The notes under the pieces: model-generated
What the model was told of the DNA's origin: nothing
Databases searched by the model: none
What the model saw: the letters and a program-made list of their open reading frames with translations, nothing else
From: Clostridia bacterium
GTDB taxonomy: Bacteria; Bacillota; Clostridia; Christensenellales; CAG-138
Assembly (NCBI GenBank): GCA_017393775.1
Contig: JAFOQN010000164.1
Span: 1 to 48,937, forward strand
Length of the DNA stretch: 48,937 bases
Direction of reading: 5' to 3'
Shown here: positions 35,235-44,527 of the stretch, one piece after another
Position numbering within the stretch: the stretch's first letter is position 1
Layout of the letters: each line of letters starts with the position of its first letter
Made by a program: the position numbers and the translations under genes

Positions 35235-37600
35235 TGACGGCAGTTTTATTTACGGTATTGTTTGCGATCTCGGGGATCATAATCTCCGAGGTCGTGTTTG
35301 CAAAGCACAAATTTTCAAACCGCATCTGGCTCGGGCTTGCGATCGGACTTTTGATGCTGACGTGGCTCCCCTCCCTGTTTGCTTTGGCAGTCGGATTCAC
35401 CGTTGCGGCACAGATCCTTGCGGCTTCAACGGCATTGATCGGTGCAATCGTTTGCATCGCCATTTTATCGGTTCGGAAAAAACACGGCAGGAAGAACTCC
35501 TTTTCTGTTAGGAAGGATTGGACGTTTCTGATCGTCGCGATTCCCATCCTGATTCTTTGCTGCGTACTGTTGCATACACACATTCTGTATCGCCATGCAA
35601 ACGGCAGCCTATGGGTCGGACAGGTCACATACGGCGATCTTGCAATGCATCTCGGATTCATCACAAGCATAGCTGAGCAAACGACATTTCCGCCGCAGTA
35701 CAGCATCTTTCCGGGACATGCGCTGAACTATCCGTTTTTGTGCGAAACATCCGGCGCATCTCTTTTTCGGCTCGGCGCAACGGCCCGCGAAGCTTACATC
35801 ATATCCGCAGCATACGCATTTGTGCTTGTTGTAATCGGCGTTTTCCGTTTTTTTGAGCAATGGCTGAAACGAAGACCGCGCGCAGTATTTGCAACGATAC
35901 TGTTCTTCTTCGGAGGCGGGTTCGGCTTCTTTTATTTCTTCGATCTGTCGAAAGCAGGCGGGCTGCTTCACGCTTTGCTCGGAACCAATGGACAAACGGT
36001 ATCGCAAACGCTGCTCGACGGGTTTTATCAGACACCGACAAACATTCCCGCGCTCGGGCTTCGTTGGGTCAATCCCATCGTGGATATGTTGATCCCGCAG
36101 CGGGCAACGCTGTTTGGATGGGCATTCCTCTTCCCCTGCCTGTATCTGCTGCACGGATTCGCTTTTGAAAAGAAGCGCGAAAATATCATTCCTCTTGCGG
36201 TAATTGCAGGATTGATGCCGTTGATACACACGCATTCATTCCTTGCACTCGGCATCGTCAGCGCGGTTTATTGCATCATGGATCTGATCGCGGTCCGGTT
36301 TGAAAAGAAACGGCTGATCGGATGGGCGCTTTATGCGTTGATTACCTGTGTCATTGCAGCGCCGCAGCTGATCCTGTTTACGTTCCGTCAGACGTCGGAA
36401 AGCAATATGGTCCGGTTCCATCTGAACTGGGCGAATGAAGCGGATTCCTATCTGTGGTTCTATATCAAAAACCTAGGATTGATCTTCCTGCTGATGCCCA
36501 TAGCTTTCCTGATTCTCCCGAAAAGAGACAAAAAGATCTATGCAGGCGCGCTGCTGATCTTTGTCGTTGCGGAATTGATCGTGTTTCAACCGAACAACTA
36601 TGACAACAATAAGCTTCTGTTTGTCTGGTATGCGTTTACATGCGGAATCATATCCAAAGCGGTGCTGATGATCGGAAAACGTATTTCACATGCGGTTCGT
36701 CAAAAATACAGCGCAGCCGATCGCATCCGCACGAACTGGATCTGCATTGCGTTCATCACCGGATCGTTTCTTCTGTATTTCCTGTTCAAGCTGGCATTTG
36801 ACACTGAAAACGGAGTTGCCATGCGTCCGGGAACTGCACTCACACTGTTTTTGTCTTCCGGATTACTTCTGACGCTTTGCATCTTTGCACTGAAGGATGC
36901 GCGTTTGGAACGAGGATATGGTGTTCGGCTGATTGCACCGCTCGTGCTTTCGGTGTGGATGATGTCGCTGCTGTTCATCGTATGGATGCTCGAATATCGC
37001 AGCAATTCGTATGCGTTCGGAACTATTCATGCAATGATAGCGTCGGTTCTCTGCCTGCTGACATTGATCCTCTTTGCATGGGACAGTGTCGGCGCGCTTT
37101 CCGACGCACACACCAAGAAGCATTTTTCGGGGGCATCCGCAGCGTTGGCGATCGGTACGTTCGTTCTTGTCTTTTCAATGACGGCATCCTCCGTCATGAC
37201 GATCGTAAGGGAATGCAAAAGCGAATACCAGGTGTACACGAAAAGCGAAGCAGAGCTTTCCGAGCAAATCAAGGAGGTAACATCGCCGGATGATGTCATT
37301 CTTGCGAACAGCTACCACTGGAACCTTGTTACGCCGTTAACCGGACGCAGCATCGTAACGGGTACCGGGACGTTTCTGTATTATCACGGGATCGACACAT
37401 CTGAGCGCGAGATGCACGTCACCGAAATGTATGAGCGCCCTGCCGAAAGCGCCGATCTGTTCAGGCAATACGGCATACGGTATGTTTTGATCTCAAACGC
37501 CGAACGCGGCACTTACGATATCGATTACGAGTACTTCCGAACGTACGGAGAGATCGCAGCCGAAAATGAAGCCGGCACGCTGTATCGTTTGAATCCGTAA
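35231..37600 (+). CDS. Large polytopic membrane protein (about 16 or more TM helices) with a soluble C-terminal domain; possible GT-C-type glycosyltransferase
   Basis: 789 aa. ATGA overlap with degV. The first external loop reads YGDLAMHLGFITSIAEQTTFPPQYSIFPGHALNYPFL. Confidence 0.5.
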   Translation: MMTAVLFTVLFAISGIIISEVVFAKHKFSNRIWLGLAIGLLMLTWLPSLFALAVGFTVAAQILAASTALIGAIVCIAILSVRKKHGRKNSFSVRKDWTFLIVAIPILILCCVLLHTHILYRHANGSLWVGQVTYGDLAMHLGFITSIAEQTTFPPQYSIFPGHALNYPFLCETSGASLFRLGATAREAYIISAAYAFVLVVIGVFRFFEQWLKRRPRAVFATILFFFGGGFGFFYFFDLSKAGGLLHALLGTNGQTVSQTLLDGFYQTPTNIPALGLRWVNPIVDMLIPQRATLFGWAFLFPCLYLLHGFAFEKKRENIIPLAVIAGLMPLIHTHSFLALGIVSAVYCIMDLIAVRFEKKRLIGWALYALITCVIAAPQLILFTFRQTSESNMVRFHLNWANEADSYLWFYIKNLGLIFLLMPIAFLILPKRDKKIYAGALLIFVVAELIVFQPNNYDNNKLLFVWYAFTCGIISKAVLMIGKRISHAVRQKYSAADRIRTNWICIAFITGSFLLYFLFKLAFDTENGVAMRPGTALTLFLSSGLLLTLCIFALKDARLERGYGVRLIAPLVLSVWMMSLLFIVWMLEYRSNSYAFGTIHAMIASVLCLLTLILFAWDSVGALSDAHTKKHFSGASAALAIGTFVLVFSMTASSVMTIVRECKSEYQVYTKSEAELSEQIKEVTSPDDVILANSYHWNLVTPLTGRSIVTGTGTFLYYHGIDTSEREMHVTEMYERPAESADLFRQYGIRYVLISNAERGTYDIDYEYFRTYGEIAAENEAGTLYRLNP

Positions 37601-37615
37601 TCAGGACATAAATGA

Positions 37616-37645
37616 ACGGTCGGGTTTTACGCCGACCGTTTTTTA
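37616..37645. terminator. Hairpin terminator between convergent genes
   Basis: ACGGTCGG-8 nt loop-CCGACCGT followed by TTTTTT on the + strand. Confidence 0.7.
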
Positions 37646-37664
37646 TCAGTAAACGCGTTATTCT

Positions 37665-38804
37665 TCAAGGCTGTGACCGGTACAAATACATTTGATAACC
37701 AAGTATCCCGGCTTCGACTGCGGCTGCGACTTTTGCTGCGCAGGACGGTTTTGCACCGTCGCAGACCATGTCGGAAGCGATTGCAGTTGCATTCATGAAC
37801 GTTTCCGTCATAACGGTTTCTTCTCCGCCGAGCAGATACGCGATCCCGGCGCCGGCAGCGCATCCTGCATACACCGCGCCGCAAAGCTGTTCCGCATTTT
37901 TCTTTTGATAAACGGTGAGAAGGTCGGCCAGAATCAGAGCACGATACAGGCGGTTCGCATCAATTTTGTAATGTCTGGCATAGTAAATGACGGGTAAAGC
38001 AGCCGTAATTCCCTGGCTCGCTGAACCGCACAGGCTTGCGACCGGCAATTCGCATCCGCTCATGCGAGCGTCACATCCGGCGGCGGCATATGCTTTTGCG
38101 CACGTTTTTGCATCGGATGCATGTTCGCCCATCAGGATTTTTCCGATATTGCTGCCGTAATTGTTTTGAAGACCTTCTGAGGAGATCGCCGTATTGTATT
38201 CGATCTGCATATCGAGAAGGTCCCGTACTTCCGCAAGATCTACACAGTCCGCATACACATATATGTCGTGCAGATTCAGGTAAGAACGATCCGCTAAACT
38301 GTCGTCGCTTTGCACGGCGATGGGACGCTTCAAAAGCACTTCGCCGTTCTTCATGATCTCAACGATATTGGAATAACTGTTTGCAATCACGACGCGGGAA
38401 TAGGAGGTTCTTGCATAGAGCGTAACACTGATATACAGCGGACAATCCGTTTCCGCACAGGAGACGTCGACATGGACAGATTCCATGAAATTGACAACGG
38501 CAAATCGCTGCTCTTCGGACATAGTGCCGATGACATGCATGCCTTTGTCCGGGTTTCCGCAGATGATCCCTGCAGCAACGGCAGCACGGATGCCCTTGAG
38601 ACCGTTTGTATTCGGGACAACGACGCTCTTTGCGTTCTTCAAAATGCCTGCGCTGACAGAAACCGTCACTGCGGTCGGCTGCATGCCCAGAATCCGATGC
38701 GCTTTGGCGGCGCAGTATGCAACGGCTGCCGGTTCCGTACAACCGGTTGACGGCATGATTTCCTCACGGAGGATCTTTGTATAGGTATTGTAAAGGGGTT
38801 CCAT
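37665..38804 (-). CDS. UPF0597 / L-cysteine desulfidase family protein (YhaM/CyuA-like, serine dehydratase alpha-like fold)
   Basis: The ATG at 38804 is preceded by GGGAGAA. PSTGCTEPAAVAY motif. The ORF-track extension to 38861 runs into rnpB. Confidence 0.8.
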   Translation of the reverse strand: MEPLYNTYTKILREEIMPSTGCTEPAAVAYCAAKAHRILGMQPTAVTVSVSAGILKNAKSVVVPNTNGLKGIRAAVAAGIICGNPDKGMHVIGTMSEEQRFAVVNFMESVHVDVSCAETDCPLYISVTLYARTSYSRVVIANSYSNIVEIMKNGEVLLKRPIAVQSDDSLADRSYLNLHDIYVYADCVDLAEVRDLLDMQIEYNTAISSEGLQNNYGSNIGKILMGEHASDAKTCAKAYAAAGCDARMSGCELPVASLCGSASQGITAALPVIYYARHYKIDANRLYRALILADLLTVYQKKNAEQLCGAVYAGCAAGAGIAYLLGGEETVMTETFMNATAIASDMVCDGAKPSCAAKVAAAVEAGILGYQMYLYRSQP

Positions 38805-38827
38805 AGTTCTCCCTGTTTTATAAAAAT

Positions 38828-39168
38828 GACGGTGAGCAAGCCGTAAGCCGAGTTCTGTCAAAGGACGATCATCTATCTAGACGATCCGTTGCCGGACCGT
38901 TCAAGCGATTATCAAGAGCGTAGCGGGCAGCTATTGAATGCTCTCATTTCAATCTTGCACCGAGTGGGGTTTACAGAACGGACAAGTCGCCATGCCGTTG
39001 GTGAGCTCTTACCTCGCCTTTCCATCCTTACCCGTAAAACGGGCGGTATCTCTCTGTTGCACTTTCCTTGAAGTCGCCTTCACCGGGCGTTACCCGGCAC
39101 TCTGCCCTGCGGTGCTCGGACTTTCCTCACCTCAAAATGAGCCGCGATCGTCTGTCTTACTCACCGTC
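38828..39168 (-). ncRNA. rnpB: RNase P RNA, bacterial type A
   Basis: Minus strand reads GAGGAAAGTCCGAGC (P4 5' strand) and ACAGAACTCGGCTTAC (P4 3' strand). It also reads GGGTAACGCCCGG, GAAAGTGCAACAGAGA, GGTAAGAGCTCACC and GTAAACCCCACTCGG. P1 pairs GACGGTGAGTAAG with CTTGCTCACCGTC. Confidence 0.92.
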
Positions 39169-39173
39169 AAAAG

Positions 39174-39896
39174 TTATTCGTTATCAGCGTAAAGAAGTCT
39201 TCCGCAGTTTTCGCATTCGAGAATCATATCCTCTCCGACGAGCCGGCGGATCGCAAGGCTCGGCAGCGACATATTGCATCCGCTGCATTTGCCGCCGCGC
39301 ACTTCGACGACCGGTGTGCCGTAATGCTGCCGGACTCGTTTGTAACGTGCCATCAAGGTCGGATTGACCTTCTTTTCCAACTCTTCCATTTTACGGTCTG
39401 CCGCCAAAAGGTCGATGGATGCGTCATCTTTTTCCTTCTGACAAACGACCTTGAGCTGATCGTATTCCTTCTTTGCTTTTGAACCCTGCTGACGCGTTTT
39501 CTGAAACTCCGCGACGGCATCATCCAGAGAACGAAACAACTGTTTGATCTCTTTTTCAAGATTGTTGGCTTCCCGCTGCAGCTTTTCGATATCATGACGA
39601 AACTCCGTCATTTCTTCGGAGGTACACTCCTCATCGCCTTTCAGCGTTTCAAATTCAGACGTTTCCAGATCCAAACGATCTAAAAGCACGGTATACTGTG
39701 CATTCTGCCGTGCCATAGAGGCATTGAATGATTCAATGTCTTCATTCAGCTTGTTCAGCGTTGCCTGCTGCTGCTTGATGAACTTTGCAAGCTTATTCAG
39801 CTTCACGCGGTTTGCCGTCGTGCGGATGTCGTTTTCAATCTGCTGTTTTTCAAGATCTGCATCCTGGTATGCAAGCAATGCGATCGGTCTGCTCAT
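39174..39896 (-). CDS. Coiled-coil protein with a C4 zinc ribbon (COG1579/DUF164 type)
   Basis: The ATG at 39896 is preceded by AGGAGGT. It is long and helical and ends CSGCNMSL...CENCGRLLY. Confidence 0.8.
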   Translation of the reverse strand: MSRPIALLAYQDADLEKQQIENDIRTTANRVKLNKLAKFIKQQQATLNKLNEDIESFNASMARQNAQYTVLLDRLDLETSEFETLKGDEECTSEEMTEFRHDIEKLQREANNLEKEIKQLFRSLDDAVAEFQKTRQQGSKAKKEYDQLKVVCQKEKDDASIDLLAADRKMEELEKKVNPTLMARYKRVRQHYGTPVVEVRGGKCSGCNMSLPSLAIRRLVGEDMILECENCGRLLYADNE

Positions 39897-39909
39897 ATTT
39901 GTAACCTCC

Positions 39910-40674
39910 TTAAAGACTGCGCAGAGGCGCACAGCCCATATGTGTTAAATCATATTGTACATCATTTTCGACGCTCTGTAAACGGGAAATTAATGGTTTC
40001 AGCACGGGAAATTCTGTTTCATAGTGTCCCATCACACAGCAGCACAATCCGAGATGCTCTGCAAGCAAAGCCTCATGATGTTTCATTTCTCCCGTAACCA
40101 AGACGTCGCAGCCTGCATTTGCCGCAAATTCCGTATCGCTGCCGCCCGCGCCGCCGATCACGGCGACGGTTCGGACTGTGCGATCGGGATCGCCGACGAA
40201 ACGACCGTGCGTGTTCAGATGCTGCTCACAAAGCGCAGCGAATGAACGGAACGTCATAGGGGCGGACAGCATACCGATCCTGCCGAGATTCTCGGGAGGA
40301 AGTTTTTGAACGTCTTGAAGAATAAGCAATTCAGCCAGCACGTCGTTGACGCCGCCGTCCGCAGCATCGAGATTCGTATGCGCTGCGTAATGACCGATAC
40401 CGTGCCGAATCAGCATATAAGCCGCCGCAGTTTCGTTGCGCGTCGGCGAGACGGACTTAACCGGTTCAAAAAAGATCGGATGATGCGTCAATAGGAGATC
40501 ATATCCTCCGTCAATCGCTTCCTTTGCGACCGGAATTGTAAGATCCAGTGCAACAAGGACCTTGCGGATCTCATCATGATCCGGTTCGATCAAGAGCCCG
40601 ACGTTATCAAACGACAACGCAAGCGCTTTCGGTGCAAGGGATTCCATCAAATCACAAAATGTGCTGAGTTTCAT
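39910..40674 (-). CDS. Nif3-like dinuclear metal-centre protein (YqfO family)
   Basis: 254 aa counted from the ATG at 40674. Contains DNVGLL, THHP and MGHYETE motifs. Confidence 0.88.
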   Translation of the reverse strand: MKLSTFCDLMESLAPKALALSFDNVGLLIEPDHDEIRKVLVALDLTIPVAKEAIDGGYDLLLTHHPIFFEPVKSVSPTRNETAAAYMLIRHGIGHYAAHTNLDAADGGVNDVLAELLILQDVQKLPPENLGRIGMLSAPMTFRSFAALCEQHLNTHGRFVGDPDRTVRTVAVIGGAGGSDTEFAANAGCDVLVTGEMKHHEALLAEHLGLCCCVMGHYETEFPVLKPLISRLQSVENDVQYDLTHMGCAPLRSL

Positions 40675-40687
40675 GTTGATCTCCTGT

Positions 40688-42659
<1,972 letters not shown>

Positions 42660-42663
42660 AGAT

Positions 42664-42703
42664 ATCGCCTCCTTTTAAGGCATTATACCATAAAGGAGGC
42701 GAT
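42664..42703 (-). promoter_or_regulatory. 12-bp inverted repeat sequestering the HMA-gene RBS; extended -10 (TGGTATAAT) in the loop
   Basis: ATCGCCTCCTTT (42664..42675) pairs with AAAGGAGGCGAT (42692..42703). The minus-strand 3' arm carries AAAGGAGG 8 nt before the ATG. Confidence 0.6.
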
Positions 42704-42724
42704 TTTAAAAGAACTATTTTTGCA

Positions 42725-42928
42725 TTACATTGCAGAGCATCCGCAAGGACGGTTCTGGTTGCCGCAGCCGCAGCCACAGCCGTTTTCACCGCCGCAGTAC
42801 CGAGAGAGCAGAAGCAGCCAGATGAGCGAATCGCAGGAGATACCGCTCATACCGTTGTCACCGTCGCCGATGAGAAGCAGCAGAACGAGCAGCCAGGTCA
42901 GATTGGTGCCGCCGAGATTGTTGAACAT
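42725..42928 (-). CDS. Small Cys/Gly-rich hydrophobic protein (YjcZ-like tiny sporulation protein architecture, duplicated)
   Basis: 67 aa. GGAGG lies 9 nt before the ATG. Two hydrophobic runs ([19 protein letters not shown]) and the tail [21 protein letters not shown]. Confidence 0.6.
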   Translation of the reverse strand: MFNNLGGTNLTWLLVLLLLIGDGDNGMSGISCDSLIWLLLLSRYCGGENGCGCGCGNQNRPCGCSAM

Positions 42929-42978
42929 TGCATTGTTCCTCCATTCATGATGATTCGACGTTTTTTACGTCGTTACAG

Positions 42979-43006
42979 TATTGTATGAGGAAGCAGCCGA
43001 TTTGGT
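42979..43006 (-). promoter_or_regulatory. Possible mother-cell (sigma-K/E-type) promoter of the Cys-rich gene
   Basis: Minus strand reads AC-17 nt-CATACAATA. The predicted transcript would begin at the CGACGT-AAAAA-ACGTCG hairpin (42956..42972). Confidence 0.3.
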
Positions 43007-43036
43007 TCCGAAAGTGCGTGTTATTCATGAAACGGC

Positions 43037-43065
43037 TTGACAAAACAACCGGTTCGCATGATAAT
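43037..43065 (+). promoter_or_regulatory. Sigma-A promoter of glyQS
   Basis: TTGACA-17 nt-GATAAT, about 28 nt before the ATG. Confidence 0.55.
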
Positions 43066-43092
43066 AACAAAGATAAACAGAAGGAGACGATT

Positions 43093-44490
43093 ATGGAACA
43101 GAACGCGTATTCAATGGATAAGATCGTCGTGCTCTGCAAGAACCGCGGGTTTGTCTTTGCGGGTTCGGAGATCTACGGCGGACTCAGCAATACCTGGGAT
43201 TACGGCCCTTTGGGCGTTGAACTTAAAAACAACGTCAAAAAAGCATGGTGGAAGAAATTCGTACAGGAAAGCCCCTATAACGTCGGTCTTGACGCAGCGA
43301 TCCTGATGAACAGCGAAACATGGAAAGCCTCCGGTCATCTCGGCGGATTCTCCGATCCTTTGATGGACTGCCGTGAATGCAAAGAGCGTTTCCGCGCCGA
43401 CAAACTGATCGAAGATTGGTCACAGGAAAACGGCTTCACACTTGATAAGCCGATCGACGCATTTACGCATACGGAGATGAAAGCTTTCATTGAGGAGCAT
43501 CAGATCCCCTGCCCCACCTGCGGCAAGCACAACTTTACAGATATCCGTCAGTTCAACCTGATGTTCAAAACGTTTCAGGGCGTGACCGAAGACGCAAAGA
43601 ATACGGTTTACCTTCGCCCGGAAACGGCGCAGGGCATTTTTGTGAACTTCGCGAACGTGCAGCGTACAACGCGTAAAAAACTGCCGTTCGGCATCGGACA
43701 GATCGGCAAAAGCTTCCGCAACGAAATCACCCCGGGCAACTTTATTTTCCGCGTGCGTGAATTTGAACAGATGGAGCTTGAGTTCTTCTGTGAACCGGGT
43801 ACGGATCTTGAATGGTTCGACTACTGGCGCAGCTATTGCCATAAGTTTCTGCTTTCGATCGGCATCAAAGACGAGAACCTCCGGCTTCGTGATCACGATC
43901 CGGATGAGCTCGTGTTTTATTCCAAAGCTACGACGGACTTTGAGTTTAAATTCCCGTTCGGCTGGGGCGAGCTTTGGGGCGTTGCGGACCGTACCGATTA
44001 CGACCTAACGCAGCACCAGAATGCATCCGGCAAGGATCTTACTTATTACAACGCAGAAAAGAACGAGCGCTATATCCCCTACGTCATCGAGCCCTCGCTC
44101 GGCGTTGAGCGTACCGTGCTTGCCGTACTCTGCAATGCATACGAGGAACAGCAGCTTGAAAACAACGATGTGCGCACCGTGCTGCATCTGCACCCTGCGC
44201 TTGCACCGTTCAAGGCTGCCGTGCTTCCGCTTTCCAAGAAGCTTTCCGCGCAGGCAAACGAGGTCTATATGGACCTTTTGAAGCACTTCTCTGTGGACTT
44301 CGACGAGACCGGTTCGATTGGCAAGCGCTACCGCAGAGAGGACGAGATCGGCACGCCGCTTTGCATCACCTACGATTTCGATTCGGAAAACGATCACTGC
44401 GTGACAGTCCGCGACCGTGACACCATGGAACAGGTACGGCTTCCGATCACCGAACTGCGTGCTTATATCGAACAGCGGTTAGACTTTTAA
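43093..44490 (+). CDS. glyQS: Glycine--tRNA ligase (homodimeric GlyQS type)
   Basis: The ATG at 43093 is preceded by AAGGAGA. 465 aa with [20 protein letters not shown] and GIGLERT-like (SLGVERT) motifs. Confidence 0.95.
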   Translation: MEQNAYSMDKIVVLCKNRGFVFAGSEIYGGLSNTWDYGPLGVELKNNVKKAWWKKFVQESPYNVGLDAAILMNSETWKASGHLGGFSDPLMDCRECKERFRADKLIEDWSQENGFTLDKPIDAFTHTEMKAFIEEHQIPCPTCGKHNFTDIRQFNLMFKTFQGVTEDAKNTVYLRPETAQGIFVNFANVQRTTRKKLPFGIGQIGKSFRNEITPGNFIFRVREFEQMELEFFCEPGTDLEWFDYWRSYCHKFLLSIGIKDENLRLRDHDPDELVFYSKATTDFEFKFPFGWGELWGVADRTDYDLTQHQNASGKDLTYYNAEKNERYIPYVIEPSLGVERTVLAVLCNAYEEQQLENNDVRTVLHLHPALAPFKAAVLPLSKKLSAQANEVYMDLLKHFSVDFDETGSIGKRYRREDEIGTPLCITYDFDSENDHCVTVRDRDTMEQVRLPITELRAYIEQRLDF

Positions 44491-44499
44491 CGACACAAT

Positions 44500-44524
44500 G
44501 CCTCCGGCGATCCGGAGGCTTTTT
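44500..44524 (+). terminator. Rho-independent terminator after glyQS
   Basis: GCCTCCGG-CGAT-CCGGAGGC followed by TTTTT. Confidence 0.8.
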
Positions 44525-44527
44525 GCA

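Noticed and set aside
38889-39367. Three ORF-track ORFs (38889..39071, 38938..39192, 39068..39367) and the N-terminal extension of the 37665..38861 ORF.
   Set aside because: They cross the RNase P RNA gene, which is identified by its P4 strands and other universally conserved segments on the minus strand. None has an RBS.
42929-43092. A possible glycine T-box leader upstream of glyQS.
   Set aside because: A good sigma-A promoter sits only about 28 nt from the ATG. I see no specifier-loop, AGAGA or GGTGGTACCGCG T-box sequence and no terminator/antiterminator pair. The only hairpin (42956..42972) belongs to the divergent Cys-rich gene leader.
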